A stretch of 51,095 bases of DNA from Candidatus Ventrenecus stercoripullorum (GTDB lineage Bacteria > Bacillota_I > Bacilli_A > RF39 > UBA660), in NCBI GenBank assembly GCA_018712835.1, contig DVGF01000025.1:1-51095 (forward strand), given 5' to 3'. Position 1 is the first letter of the stretch; every line of letters starts with the position of its first letter. A program made the translations under genes and the position numbers. Positions 10,411-18,948 of the stretch are shown here, piece by piece. Below the pieces are notes generated by a model. It saw nothing but the letters and a program-made list of their open reading frames with translations. It was not told the origin of the DNA and ran no database searches.

Positions 10411-11022
10411 ATGATTCTAAAAAAAGAAATTTTTAGGGATGATTATATTTTGCGGATTTATAAAATTGTGAATAGAATTGATCATGAATTAGATCATTTA
10501 AGTTTAGAGGTAGCTCGTAAGTATCAACAATTAGGGGTATTGGGAGTTTTTAATTCGGAAGTGGCTTTGTTGGATTCTCAAGTAGAAACTGTTATGGGAA
10601 AACCTTTTTTAAAAAAAATGAAAAAACATCCTACTGTAAAACAGGCTTTTCGAGAATGCCATTTTAAGTTGGTGAAATTAACAAGAAACTGGAATTATTT
10701 TTTACAGAAAAAAGTTATGTATCAAGATGTAGAATATTTTGTTTATGATATGATATTTATGAATATTACAGAAGAAGAATTTAGAGAATATGTTTTGGGG
10801 AAAAAATCTGGACTTCGTAATGCTTTTATAGCTTGTCAAGAATTTTTAAAAGGGTTAAAGAATGATTTTCAAATGCCTATTTCTATAGAGAAAGAGTATT
10901 TTCGTGAACCGAGTATGAAAGAATGTTTGGAGCAGTGGAATTCGGAAGATGAAAATGAGGAAAACATTGATTTTGTTAATCCTCAGGAGACTCTTTCTTA
11001 TGAAAGGAAGAAAACTAGTTAA
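10411..11022 (+). CDS. Hypothetical soluble protein
   Basis: 203-aa ORF with SD gaaaggtga and terminator after it; no motif recognised. Confidence 0.6.
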   Translation: MILKKEIFRDDYILRIYKIVNRIDHELDHLSLEVARKYQQLGVLGVFNSEVALLDSQVETVMGKPFLKKMKKHPTVKQAFRECHFKLVKLTRNWNYFLQKKVMYQDVEYFVYDMIFMNITEEEFREYVLGKKSGLRNAFIACQEFLKGLKNDFQMPISIEKEYFREPSMKECLEQWNSEDENEENIDFVNPQETLSYERKKTS

Positions 11023-11082
11023 AATCTACTAGTTTTTTTGTGGTTTTATTGGTATACTTAAGAAGTAAAGTTTGGTGATACG

Positions 11083-12591
11083 ATGAAGAAGTTTTTAATA
11101 AGTATTTTTGTATTATTTGCTTTTTTTGGAATGATTGGTACTGTAGAGGCTAGGGAATTATCTAGAACTTGTCGTTATACAGATGGTAGCGAAAATAGTA
11201 TAGTGTATTTGTTTGTTTATTCTGATGGTGATTCGACTGCATATATTCGTAAAGATCGTGGTTCATTTAGAAATGAGAGCGATGGTCGCGGAGATCCTGA
11301 AACTGATGTTAATAATTGGGATTCATCAAAATATTCTAATAGTTGTCCAGAATATTTAGCATATAATGGACGTCTTGATTTTGGCTATTCAGTCCATGTT
11401 GGTGATACTGAAGAATCTTTAGATTATAGACCCGGTCCTATTTTAAGTTTGAGTAATTTCGACGGAATTGATGCTACATGTTCTTATGATGTGAATTTGA
11501 GTAATGGTTCTACTAATACTTTTACACTTACTGTTTATCGGGATGGTTTTGTTGTAGGAGATCCTTTAACGCTCGGTGAAGGTGGTGAAAATTTTGGGCC
11601 TATGGGAGGTATCAATTACCATTTGGGGGATGTTTATGAAGAAATGTATAATGATGCTGGTCAATTAAGACAGTGTCCTATTTTGTCTTTTTGCGAAGAA
11701 TCTTCTGCTAATGTTTATGAGGTAAAACCAGGAGGTACAATTTGTTCTAATGGAGAAACTGGCCAAAGATTAACTAGTCATGGTACTAATAATGTATCTG
11801 GTATCGAAGAAGAAGAAGATCAATCTCGCAATGTTTGTTCAGAACCACGTTATGCTTCCGATAATATATCAGGGCACCAATATATTATAGATTTTTATTT
11901 TAATCAAAATGGTGAAAAGTATTTTCGAGTATCAAGAAACGATAATACATCTCAAGGCGGAGATGCTCCATATAATGGTGATATTCTTGTTGACAATTTG
12001 CTTTTTAGAGTTGATCCTGATTATTATGATGTTTATTGGGAAGATTGTGATAGCACGGAAATTTATTTGCGTGCTCCAGAAGGTGTTTACGAAGTTCGTC
12101 AAATTACAGGAGTGAATGATGAAATGTATTCTACTGCTCCAGAAGACTCTAACGGATTTGAAACGGATAATACTGCGTCTATCGAAGAGCCAGATGAACC
12201 TTGGAATCCACATCAAGTTTGTCAAGGAGATAACTGTAATATTTCTATGGAAAAAATTTGTACAGATAGTAACGTATCTAATACATTGCATTCTATAGGG
12301 ATTCTTATTGTTATTATTAAAGTTTTAGTTCCAGCTGTTATTATTATTATTGGCATTAAAAATTTATTTATGATTATCACTTCTGGCAAAGAAGATGATG
12401 TTAAAAAATATGCAAAATCAATAGCTCTTCGTATTATTATAGGTGTAGGTATTTTCTTGCTTCCGAGTATCATTAATTTTATTTATGATGCAGCGCAAGA
12501 TGTTATTGGTGAAGGGCAAGCGAATGGCTTTGATAATTGCTGGAATTGTTTGTTTGATCTTGATCAATGTGATACTTCCGGAAATGATTGA
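11083..12591 (+). CDS. Pilin paralog 2: signal peptide, about 370-aa Cys-rich acidic extracellular region, C-terminal VirB2-like hairpin
   Basis: MKKFL...VEA signal; KVLVPAVIIIIGIKNLFMIITSGKEDDVKKYAKSIALRIIIGVGIFLLP; CWNC...C. Confidence 0.7.
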   Translation: MKKFLISIFVLFAFFGMIGTVEARELSRTCRYTDGSENSIVYLFVYSDGDSTAYIRKDRGSFRNESDGRGDPETDVNNWDSSKYSNSCPEYLAYNGRLDFGYSVHVGDTEESLDYRPGPILSLSNFDGIDATCSYDVNLSNGSTNTFTLTVYRDGFVVGDPLTLGEGGENFGPMGGINYHLGDVYEEMYNDAGQLRQCPILSFCEESSANVYEVKPGGTICSNGETGQRLTSHGTNNVSGIEEEEDQSRNVCSEPRYASDNISGHQYIIDFYFNQNGEKYFRVSRNDNTSQGGDAPYNGDILVDNLLFRVDPDYYDVYWEDCDSTEIYLRAPEGVYEVRQITGVNDEMYSTAPEDSNGFETDNTASIEEPDEPWNPHQVCQGDNCNISMEKICTDSNVSNTLHSIGILIVIIKVLVPAVIIIIGIKNLFMIITSGKEDDVKKYAKSIALRIIIGVGIFLLPSIINFIYDAAQDVIGEGQANGFDNCWNCLFDLDQCDTSGND

Positions 12592-12665
12592 TTGAGGTAT
12601 GAAAAAAAATAGTGTATAATATTTAGGTAGTTTGTGTTTACTACAGAAAGTAAAAGGGATGATTT

Positions 12666-13157
12666 ATGAAGAGAGTACTCGTGTTTTTATGTTTGTGTTT
12701 GTGTTTACCTACTTTAGTATATGCTGAAACGGATGATAGATATCCTGCTACTGAGGATCGTTATCCTAATAATGGGCTTACTCCAGAAGAAGAAGCACTA
12801 CGACAGGATTCTGTGTCTTCTGATGGTAACGAAAATGTTCCACAATCTGATTTATATACGCATTGTCCTATTTTTGTAGATGAAAGTGATGGCCAACCTA
12901 CGGAACTTTATAATATGTTGCAAGATCTCTTTAATTTGATTAAGATAGCGTCTCCTGCCTTAGTAATAGTTTTATCTACTATTGATTATCTTGGGGCTAT
13001 TGCAAAATCTAATGATGACGCGGTTAAGAAGGCAAATAGTAGGACTGTTAAACGTATTATTATTGGATTAGCCATCTTTTTCTTACCGTTTTTGTTGGAT
13101 ATAGTTTTTGAAATTTTTGGTTTAGTAGATGTTAGTCGATGTGGAATAGGGACATAA
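12666..13157 (+). CDS. Pilin paralog 3 with signal peptide
   Basis: LVYA signal; KIASPALVIVLSTIDYLGAIAKSNDDAVKKANSRTVKRIIIGLAIFFLP. Confidence 0.7.
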   Translation: MKRVLVFLCLCLCLPTLVYAETDDRYPATEDRYPNNGLTPEEEALRQDSVSSDGNENVPQSDLYTHCPIFVDESDGQPTELYNMLQDLFNLIKIASPALVIVLSTIDYLGAIAKSNDDAVKKANSRTVKRIIIGLAIFFLPFLLDIVFEIFGLVDVSRCGIGT

Positions 13158-13171
13158 GTGAGGTGTTTTAA

Positions 13172-15211
13172 ATGATAGCATTTTTTCCACTTACTGGAAA
13201 TTGGTGGCATAGTTTATTTCAAAAGATATTATTATTTTTGGACTCGGTAGTTTATTGGGCTGTTTCAATGTGTTATCAGTTATTTGTAAAGTTAGCTACT
13301 TTTAAATTATTTGACAATGATTTTTATAGTGAATTTGCAAATAGGATTTATGCTATTTTAGGCGTATTTATGTTATTTTATTTAGCATACGCATTACTAA
13401 ACGCTTTGATTGATCCTGAAAAATTAACTGGAGATAAAGGAGTTTCTAAACTTGCTTCAAATCTTGTTATATCTCTTATATTATTAGGTTTGATTCCAAC
13501 TATTTTTGATTATGCATATAGAATTCAGAATTATATATTATCATCTAATATTATTGGCGCTATTATTATGGATCAATCGACAACTGATCCTAATGTTGAT
13601 GATGATGCTGCCCATCAAGAGTCGATGATTACATTTGGAGATTCACTAGCTTTTACGGTTTTGAATACTTTTGTTAACCCTGATGGATATAATGTGAAAG
13701 CGGCTGATAATTATACGTGGTACGATTTTAAAATAGAGGTATTGGAGGAGAGTAATTATTCTAATCTTCCTGCCTTTTCAGATGCTACTGTTGGTGAACA
13801 GGTTGATCTTGAAACAAATCAAGATGTAATAGTTACTTACTACGGTTTTATATCTACTGCTACGGGTATTTTTTTGATATATATTATCCTATCATTTACC
13901 CTTGATTTAGGGGTTCGGGTTATTAAATTGGCTTTTTGTCAATTAATTGCTCCAATTCCTATTATCATGAGAGCAATGCCAAATAAAAAGAGTGTATTTG
14001 ATAAATGGGTGAAAACAACATTATCGGTTTTTTTCGAGGTATTTGTAAGAGTTGCTATAATGTATATTGCTGTGTATTTTATTAAGTCCATATGGGAATA
14101 TAACATATTTCAAGAATTTACTGGAATATTAGGAAAAGTTGCTCTAGTTGTTATAATTTTAGGAATTTTTTCATTTGTAAAACAAGCTCCAAAAATGATT
14201 AGTGATATGTTAGGCATTGAGTCTGGAAACTTGAAACTTGGAATTGGCGAAAAACTAAAAGCTGGGGGGTTCTTTGCAGGTGGTGCTATGTTGGGTGCTG
14301 GAGTTACTGGCTTAATACAGCGAGGTTTTAGTGGAATTTCGAATATTGGAAATAAATGGGGTGCTACGCATGGCTTATTGAATAAAGGAAAGTTAATAGC
14401 TGGAGGTCTTGTTGGAACTGCTGGTTCTATGATAGCTGGAAGTGCTTCAGGTATGTTTAATGCTTACCGAAATGGCGGAAAAGACGCGAAGGGTTTTGGT
14501 GATATGAAGAAAGCGGCTTCTGCTGGTGCACAAAAAAGTTTGCAAAACAAATTGGCTCGCGATCGTTATAAAGCAGTAAATAATGGTACGCTTGGTAGTG
14601 CTAAAGCTCATGGCATGGAGATGTTAAGTGGTATGAAAGAATGGGCTACCGGAACAGGGTTTACTAATAGTATTTTGTCTAAAATTAAATTTAGAGATGA
14701 TTTGAAAGAAACATATGATAATTCTTATAAGGAATTATTTGAAACACCAGAATATAAAAGATATGATGAATTATTAAAAGATTTGAAAGCTAAACAAGCA
14801 GCAGGAGTAACAGAAGTTAATGGGCAGAGTGTTGCTAGTCAGATAGCTATTCTTGATAATAAATTAAATCAAATGCGTACTGATACTATTCATAATAAAC
14901 GCGAAGCTGTTGCTTATGCTGCATATAACCTTGCTCAATTTGCTAAGGAAAATGCTAAAGCCGCTCGTGAGGCTGGATTTAATTTAAATGGTATCAATGT
15001 AGATGATTTGGTTCTTAAAGGAAATGACGTTTATAATAAATCTACTGGTGCGGTATTAAGTGAAGCTGAATTAAATCAAATTTTTGAGGCAACAAATGGT
15101 GTTAAAGCTCAAGTGAAGAGATTAAATGAAGAAAACAAGAGCTTGAAACAAAGTGTTGCATATAAAGAAGAACAGAAAAAACAAGCTGCATCAAAGAAGA
15201 ATCAAAGTTGA
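13172..15211 (+). CDS. Extended VirB6/TrbL-like polytopic membrane protein
   Basis: Multiple TM segments; RVIKLAFCQLIAPIPI...FDKWVK...KQAPKMISDMLG pattern; position between pilins and PrgI/VirB4. Confidence 0.7.
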   Translation: MIAFFPLTGNWWHSLFQKILLFLDSVVYWAVSMCYQLFVKLATFKLFDNDFYSEFANRIYAILGVFMLFYLAYALLNALIDPEKLTGDKGVSKLASNLVISLILLGLIPTIFDYAYRIQNYILSSNIIGAIIMDQSTTDPNVDDDAAHQESMITFGDSLAFTVLNTFVNPDGYNVKAADNYTWYDFKIEVLEESNYSNLPAFSDATVGEQVDLETNQDVIVTYYGFISTATGIFLIYIILSFTLDLGVRVIKLAFCQLIAPIPIIMRAMPNKKSVFDKWVKTTLSVFFEVFVRVAIMYIAVYFIKSIWEYNIFQEFTGILGKVALVVIILGIFSFVKQAPKMISDMLGIESGNLKLGIGEKLKAGGFFAGGAMLGAGVTGLIQRGFSGISNIGNKWGATHGLLNKGKLIAGGLVGTAGSMIAGSASGMFNAYRNGGKDAKGFGDMKKAASAGAQKSLQNKLARDRYKAVNNGTLGSAKAHGMEMLSGMKEWATGTGFTNSILSKIKFRDDLKETYDNSYKELFETPEYKRYDELLKDLKAKQAAGVTEVNGQSVASQIAILDNKLNQMRTDTIHNKREAVAYAAYNLAQFAKENAKAAREAGFNLNGINVDDLVLKGNDVYNKSTGAVLSEAELNQIFEATNGVKAQVKRLNEENKSLKQSVAYKEEQKKQAASKKNQS

Positions 15212-15228
15212 TAGAAAGGGGATAGAAT

Positions 15229-15537
15229 ATGGATCAATATTTAATACCGGCCAATACAAAGAAGTCAAAACTTATTTTAGGCTTCTTTACACCTGTTGAT
15301 TTAGCAATTTTTGGTGTTGGTTGTTTAATTACAATTATTATGTTATTTGTGTTTCAAGGTATGACTTTTCAACAAGCTTTGTTGGTATTACTTCCGGCAA
15401 TGGTTTCTGGATTTCTAGTGATGCCTGTTCCTAATTATCATAATGTATTGCAATTAATTACGAATATTATAACGTTTTTGTTTAATAGAAGAAGGTATTA
15501 TTGGAAAGGCTGGTGTATTAGAGATGGCGAAAAATAA
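15229..15537 (+). CDS. PrgI/VirB3-like small membrane protein
   Basis: YLIPAN...LILGFFT..DL, two TM helices, RRYYW terminus; upstream of VirB4. Confidence 0.75.
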   Translation: MDQYLIPANTKKSKLILGFFTPVDLAIFGVGCLITIIMLFVFQGMTFQQALLVLLPAMVSGFLVMPVPNYHNVLQLITNIITFLFNRRRYYWKGWCIRDGEK

Positions 15538-16090
15538 AGAAGATGTTGCTAGTAAGTGGAGTGAAGATTGGGTACCTATTAAAAATATTATGAATGGTAT
15601 GATTCAGTTAGAATCTGGAGAATATGTCACAGGGATTAAGATAGCTCCTCGTAATATTTTTATTTTGGATTCTGGAACTCGGGATAATGTAATATATCAA
15701 CTTCAAAATTTTTATAATTCGATTAATTTTGAATTTTGGTTAGTTGTTGCTGATCGTCCGGTAGATATTAACGTGTATCTTTCGCAGCTTCAAATACTAT
15801 ATAATCGTGCTACAAATGCCAATACTCGTAAGTTAATTCAACAAGATATTAATAAAGCAAATATGTTTATGAGTGCTGAATATAACGTCGTTGATACAGA
15901 ATATTATATTTTATTTAAAGAAAGAAAGATGGATGTTATTCAAAAGAGATTACATTCTATGATTAGTAATTTAGCTAATTGTGGGTTAAATAGTCAACAA
16001 ACTAGTAATAATGACTTGCGTGTTATTTTGGATAATTTCTTTAATGGTGGTGCTGCTACAACATTTAGTGGAATGGTAGGTGTTGGTTAA
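15524..16090 (+). CDS. VirB4-accessory protein (TrsD-like / VirB4 N-terminal-like)
   Basis: Overlaps both neighbours (TAATG coupling with the ATPase); PIKNIMNGMIQLESG...NFYNSINF...RPVDINVYL. Confidence 0.6.
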   Translation: MAKNKEDVASKWSEDWVPIKNIMNGMIQLESGEYVTGIKIAPRNIFILDSGTRDNVIYQLQNFYNSINFEFWLVVADRPVDINVYLSQLQILYNRATNANTRKLIQQDINKANMFMSAEYNVVDTEYYILFKERKMDVIQKRLHSMISNLANCGLNSQQTSNNDLRVILDNFFNGGAATTFSGMVGVG

Positions 16091-17874
16091 TGAATATTAA
16101 AGCACAGATTGCTCCTAAAGGAGTGGAATTTAAAGCTACTGAATTTATGATGAGTGGTAAGTATTGTACTGTTCTTACAATTGTTAGTTATCCAAAGTAT
16201 ATTCAACAAGGATATCTTGCCAATTTGACAAATCTTTCAGGAATTAAGATTGTTGCGAAACACATTCCGATTGAACTTTCTACTTTGCAACGAATGATTA
16301 ATAAAGAAATTGCAGATTTAAAGCAACGTTATCAAACGGAACATGATAAAACTATTCAAGAAAGAATTCGTCAAGATTATGAATCTTTGGAACAATTTAT
16401 TTCGCAATTGGTTGCAACTCAAGCTAGAATTTATGATTTTCAATTACATGTTTTAGTATCTGCAGATACAAAAGATGAAATGGAAAATAAAAAGATGCAA
16501 GTAAGAAATTATTTGGATGCTTTAGGAATGCGTGGAATCTCTTTGATGTTTGAACAAGAGAAAGTAATTAAATCGATGATTCCTATTTTCCCTAAACAAG
16601 ATGTAGAAGATCGTGTGGGAACACCAATCCCATCCCCGACGATCGCGGCAATGTATCCATTTATTTTTGATAGTATTAAAGACCCTGGAAACAGTACTTT
16701 ATTTGGAGTAGATTTCTCAGGTGGAGTTATTTTATTTAATCAGTTTTTGTATCAAATTAAGAAAGAAAATAATCGTAATAATGCTAATATTATTATTCTT
16801 GGTGCTTCTGGTTCTGGTAAATCTACTGCGGCTAAGTTATTAATTCGTAGTCATTTGCGTAATGAATATAAAGTTGTTTGTATCGACCCTGAAGGTGAGC
16901 TTGAAGAAATGGCTCGGAGTATGGGTGGTGACTTCTTAGACCTTGGTAAGGGTGGAGACTTCGGTATGGTTAATCCTCTTGAAATTGTTTTAGATGCGGA
17001 TCAAGAGGAAATTAATCAAGGACTTGGTTATACAGTACTTACTAAGACTTTACAACAATTACAAGCTTTTATGAAATATTATAGTCCTGATATCGAAGAA
17101 GATGTTCTTACGATGTTTACGGAAGTTGTTCAGGATACCTATAAACGTTATAAAATTGATTTTGATACTGATTTTACGCAGTTTACTAGCCAAGATTATC
17201 CGACATTTGATGATGTGTACGCTACAATTAAGGGACGTCTCCTTTCCATGACTGAAAAAACTCATGAACGTGATATTATGGAAAGACTAGAACTTAAAAT
17301 TCGTCCTTTAACAAAAGAGCTTCGTTATTTCTTTACAGGACATACGACTTTAAATATTCAAAGTGATTTTATTGTCTTTAATATTCGAGAGTTAATGACT
17401 TCTGCTGAAAATATTAAAAATGCTTTGTTCTTTAATATTTTGAAGTATGCATGGGGTTTATGTTTGGATAGTTCTGTTAATACTGTTATGTATGTGGATG
17501 AAGCTCATACGTTGTTATCTAGTCGAAATGAGTTGGGTGCTGAGTTTTTAGCAAATATTCAAAGACGTAGTCGTAAGTATAATACAGGAACCATTATTAT
17601 TACTCAACAACCAACAGACTTTGCTGCTCCTAATATTTTAATTCATGGAAAAGCAATTTTCGACAATGCTTCTTATTACTTAGTTATGGGACTTAAGAAA
17701 CAGGCAGTGGATGATTTGTCTCAACTTATTGATTTAAATGAAAGTGAAAAAGACAGTATTAAATATTATAATCAAGGAGAAGGTTTGTTTGTTTGTGGAA
17801 ACAGACGAATGAGAATTAATATTATTGTTACTCAAGAAGAATTGGATTCTTTTGGATCTGGAGGAGGATTATAG
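16090..17874 (+). CDS. virB4: VirB4-family T4SS ATPase
   Basis: NANIIILGASGSGKS Walker A, IDPEGE, MYVDEAH Walker B, RSRKYN, ITQ, GEGLF. Confidence 0.9.
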   Translation: MNIKAQIAPKGVEFKATEFMMSGKYCTVLTIVSYPKYIQQGYLANLTNLSGIKIVAKHIPIELSTLQRMINKEIADLKQRYQTEHDKTIQERIRQDYESLEQFISQLVATQARIYDFQLHVLVSADTKDEMENKKMQVRNYLDALGMRGISLMFEQEKVIKSMIPIFPKQDVEDRVGTPIPSPTIAAMYPFIFDSIKDPGNSTLFGVDFSGGVILFNQFLYQIKKENNRNNANIIILGASGSGKSTAAKLLIRSHLRNEYKVVCIDPEGELEEMARSMGGDFLDLGKGGDFGMVNPLEIVLDADQEEINQGLGYTVLTKTLQQLQAFMKYYSPDIEEDVLTMFTEVVQDTYKRYKIDFDTDFTQFTSQDYPTFDDVYATIKGRLLSMTEKTHERDIMERLELKIRPLTKELRYFFTGHTTLNIQSDFIVFNIRELMTSAENIKNALFFNILKYAWGLCLDSSVNTVMYVDEAHTLLSSRNELGAEFLANIQRRSRKYNTGTIIITQQPTDFAAPNILIHGKAIFDNASYYLVMGLKKQAVDDLSQLIDLNESEKDSIKYYNQGEGLFVCGNRRMRINIIVTQEELDSFGSGGGL

Positions 17875-17886
17875 TCCTTCTTTTTT
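17860..17886 (+). terminator. Intrinsic terminator closing the T4SS operon
   Basis: gaggaggatt-ata-gtccttc followed by a T run. Confidence 0.65.
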
Positions 17887-18037
17887 GATTTTTGTGGCTA
17901 TGTAATTGTTTTAAATATTATTTTGTGATACAATGTAACTAGAAAGAACTTGTTCTTTCTAACTCAAAAAAGTATAATATGGATGTTTTATTCATATTAT
18001 ACTGGTAGGACACAAAAAAGAACTATCTGACTTTCAC

Positions 18038-18066
18038 TTGTTAGATGCTTCTCAGTCCTATATAAT
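18038..18066 (+). promoter_or_regulatory. Putative promoter of an antisense RNA to the peptide gene
   Basis: TTGTTA-17 bp-TATAAT with no plus-strand ORF immediately downstream. Confidence 0.5.
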
Positions 18067-18116
18067 GGTTGTGAGAAAGCACCTATTCAGAGATGAGTAG
18101 GTGTTTTCGCTATTGT

Positions 18117-18188
18117 TTAATCCTTTTTGGAAGGATAAATTTTTGATAGTACTATTAAAAGTATTATCAAGACTATTAAATAGACCAT
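18117..18188 (-). CDS. Putative type I toxin peptide MVYLIVLIILLIVLSKIYPSKKD (23 aa)
   Basis: Hand-translated; hydrophobic helix plus basic tail; GAAAGGA upstream; lies inside a transcript whose ends are complementary. Confidence 0.55.
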   Translation of the reverse strand: MVYLIVLIILLIVLSKIYPSKKD

Positions 18189-18407
18189 TTATAATTCCTT
18201 TCATAAGGACCACCTCCTTCTAAAAATTAAATATATCTTTTTAGAACCGAGGGAAAAACACCTAACAATCAGATAGTTCTATTTCATTATATAATAATAA
18301 ACTTCTTTTTTCTATAAATTTTATGTGATTTTATGAATTAAAGAATTTTTACAATCTTTCTTGTTTTAAAAATATATTATGATGATGTTAAACGGAAGGT
18401 GATACTT

Positions 18408-18877
18408 TTGAAAAGTAAATACTATATATCAAAAGAGGATAATATTTTTTTGCCAAAAGAAAATTAGTTGATAATATTTATAAGAGTACTGTTTTGGAAG
18501 GCATCCGTGTTACTATAGAGGATGTTTATGCTTTTATGCAAAATGTAAATACTGGAACTATTTAGCACCCAAAGATGCCAAGCGAATGTGATTATGATTC
18601 AGAGTTAAAGAGTATTTTATCAATATCTAATTCTTTAGAGAGATGTATTACTTTGTTTTGCTTTATTCAACGGAGTCAAATGTTTTTAGATGGAAATAAG
18701 CGTGTGGCTAACTTGGTAGCCAATAAAGAGATGATCCGAAATGGTGAAGGTATTTTATCCGTACCAGTAGAAAAAATAGGAGAATATTTTACGTATCTTA
18801 TTCATTACTATGAAACAGGTGATATGACTGAGATTAAAAACTTTCTTTATCAAAATTGTATTGATGGAGTAGAGTGA
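18408..18877 (+). pseudogene. Fic/Doc family pseudogene
   Basis: TTG start gives KSKYYISKEDNIF; frameshift in a T run; AKRKLVDNIYKSTVLEGI then a stop; apparent internal deletion; QMFLDGNKR Fic-type motif in 18575..18877. Confidence 0.8.
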
Positions 18878-18948
18878 TTTTCATAGCCTTATTAGGGCTT
18901 TTTTTCTTGTGTTCCACTCACTCTTAGCATATAATACTAGTAAGGACG

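Noticed and set aside
12730-12767. TDDRYP/TEDRYP short tandem repeat in pilin 3
   Set aside because: Only two degenerate copies; no evidence of phase variation.
9942-18877. Intact ICE or conjugative element
   Set aside because: No integrase, relaxase, coupling protein or flanking att repeats recognised; pilin genes also occur beyond dnaB-dnaI.
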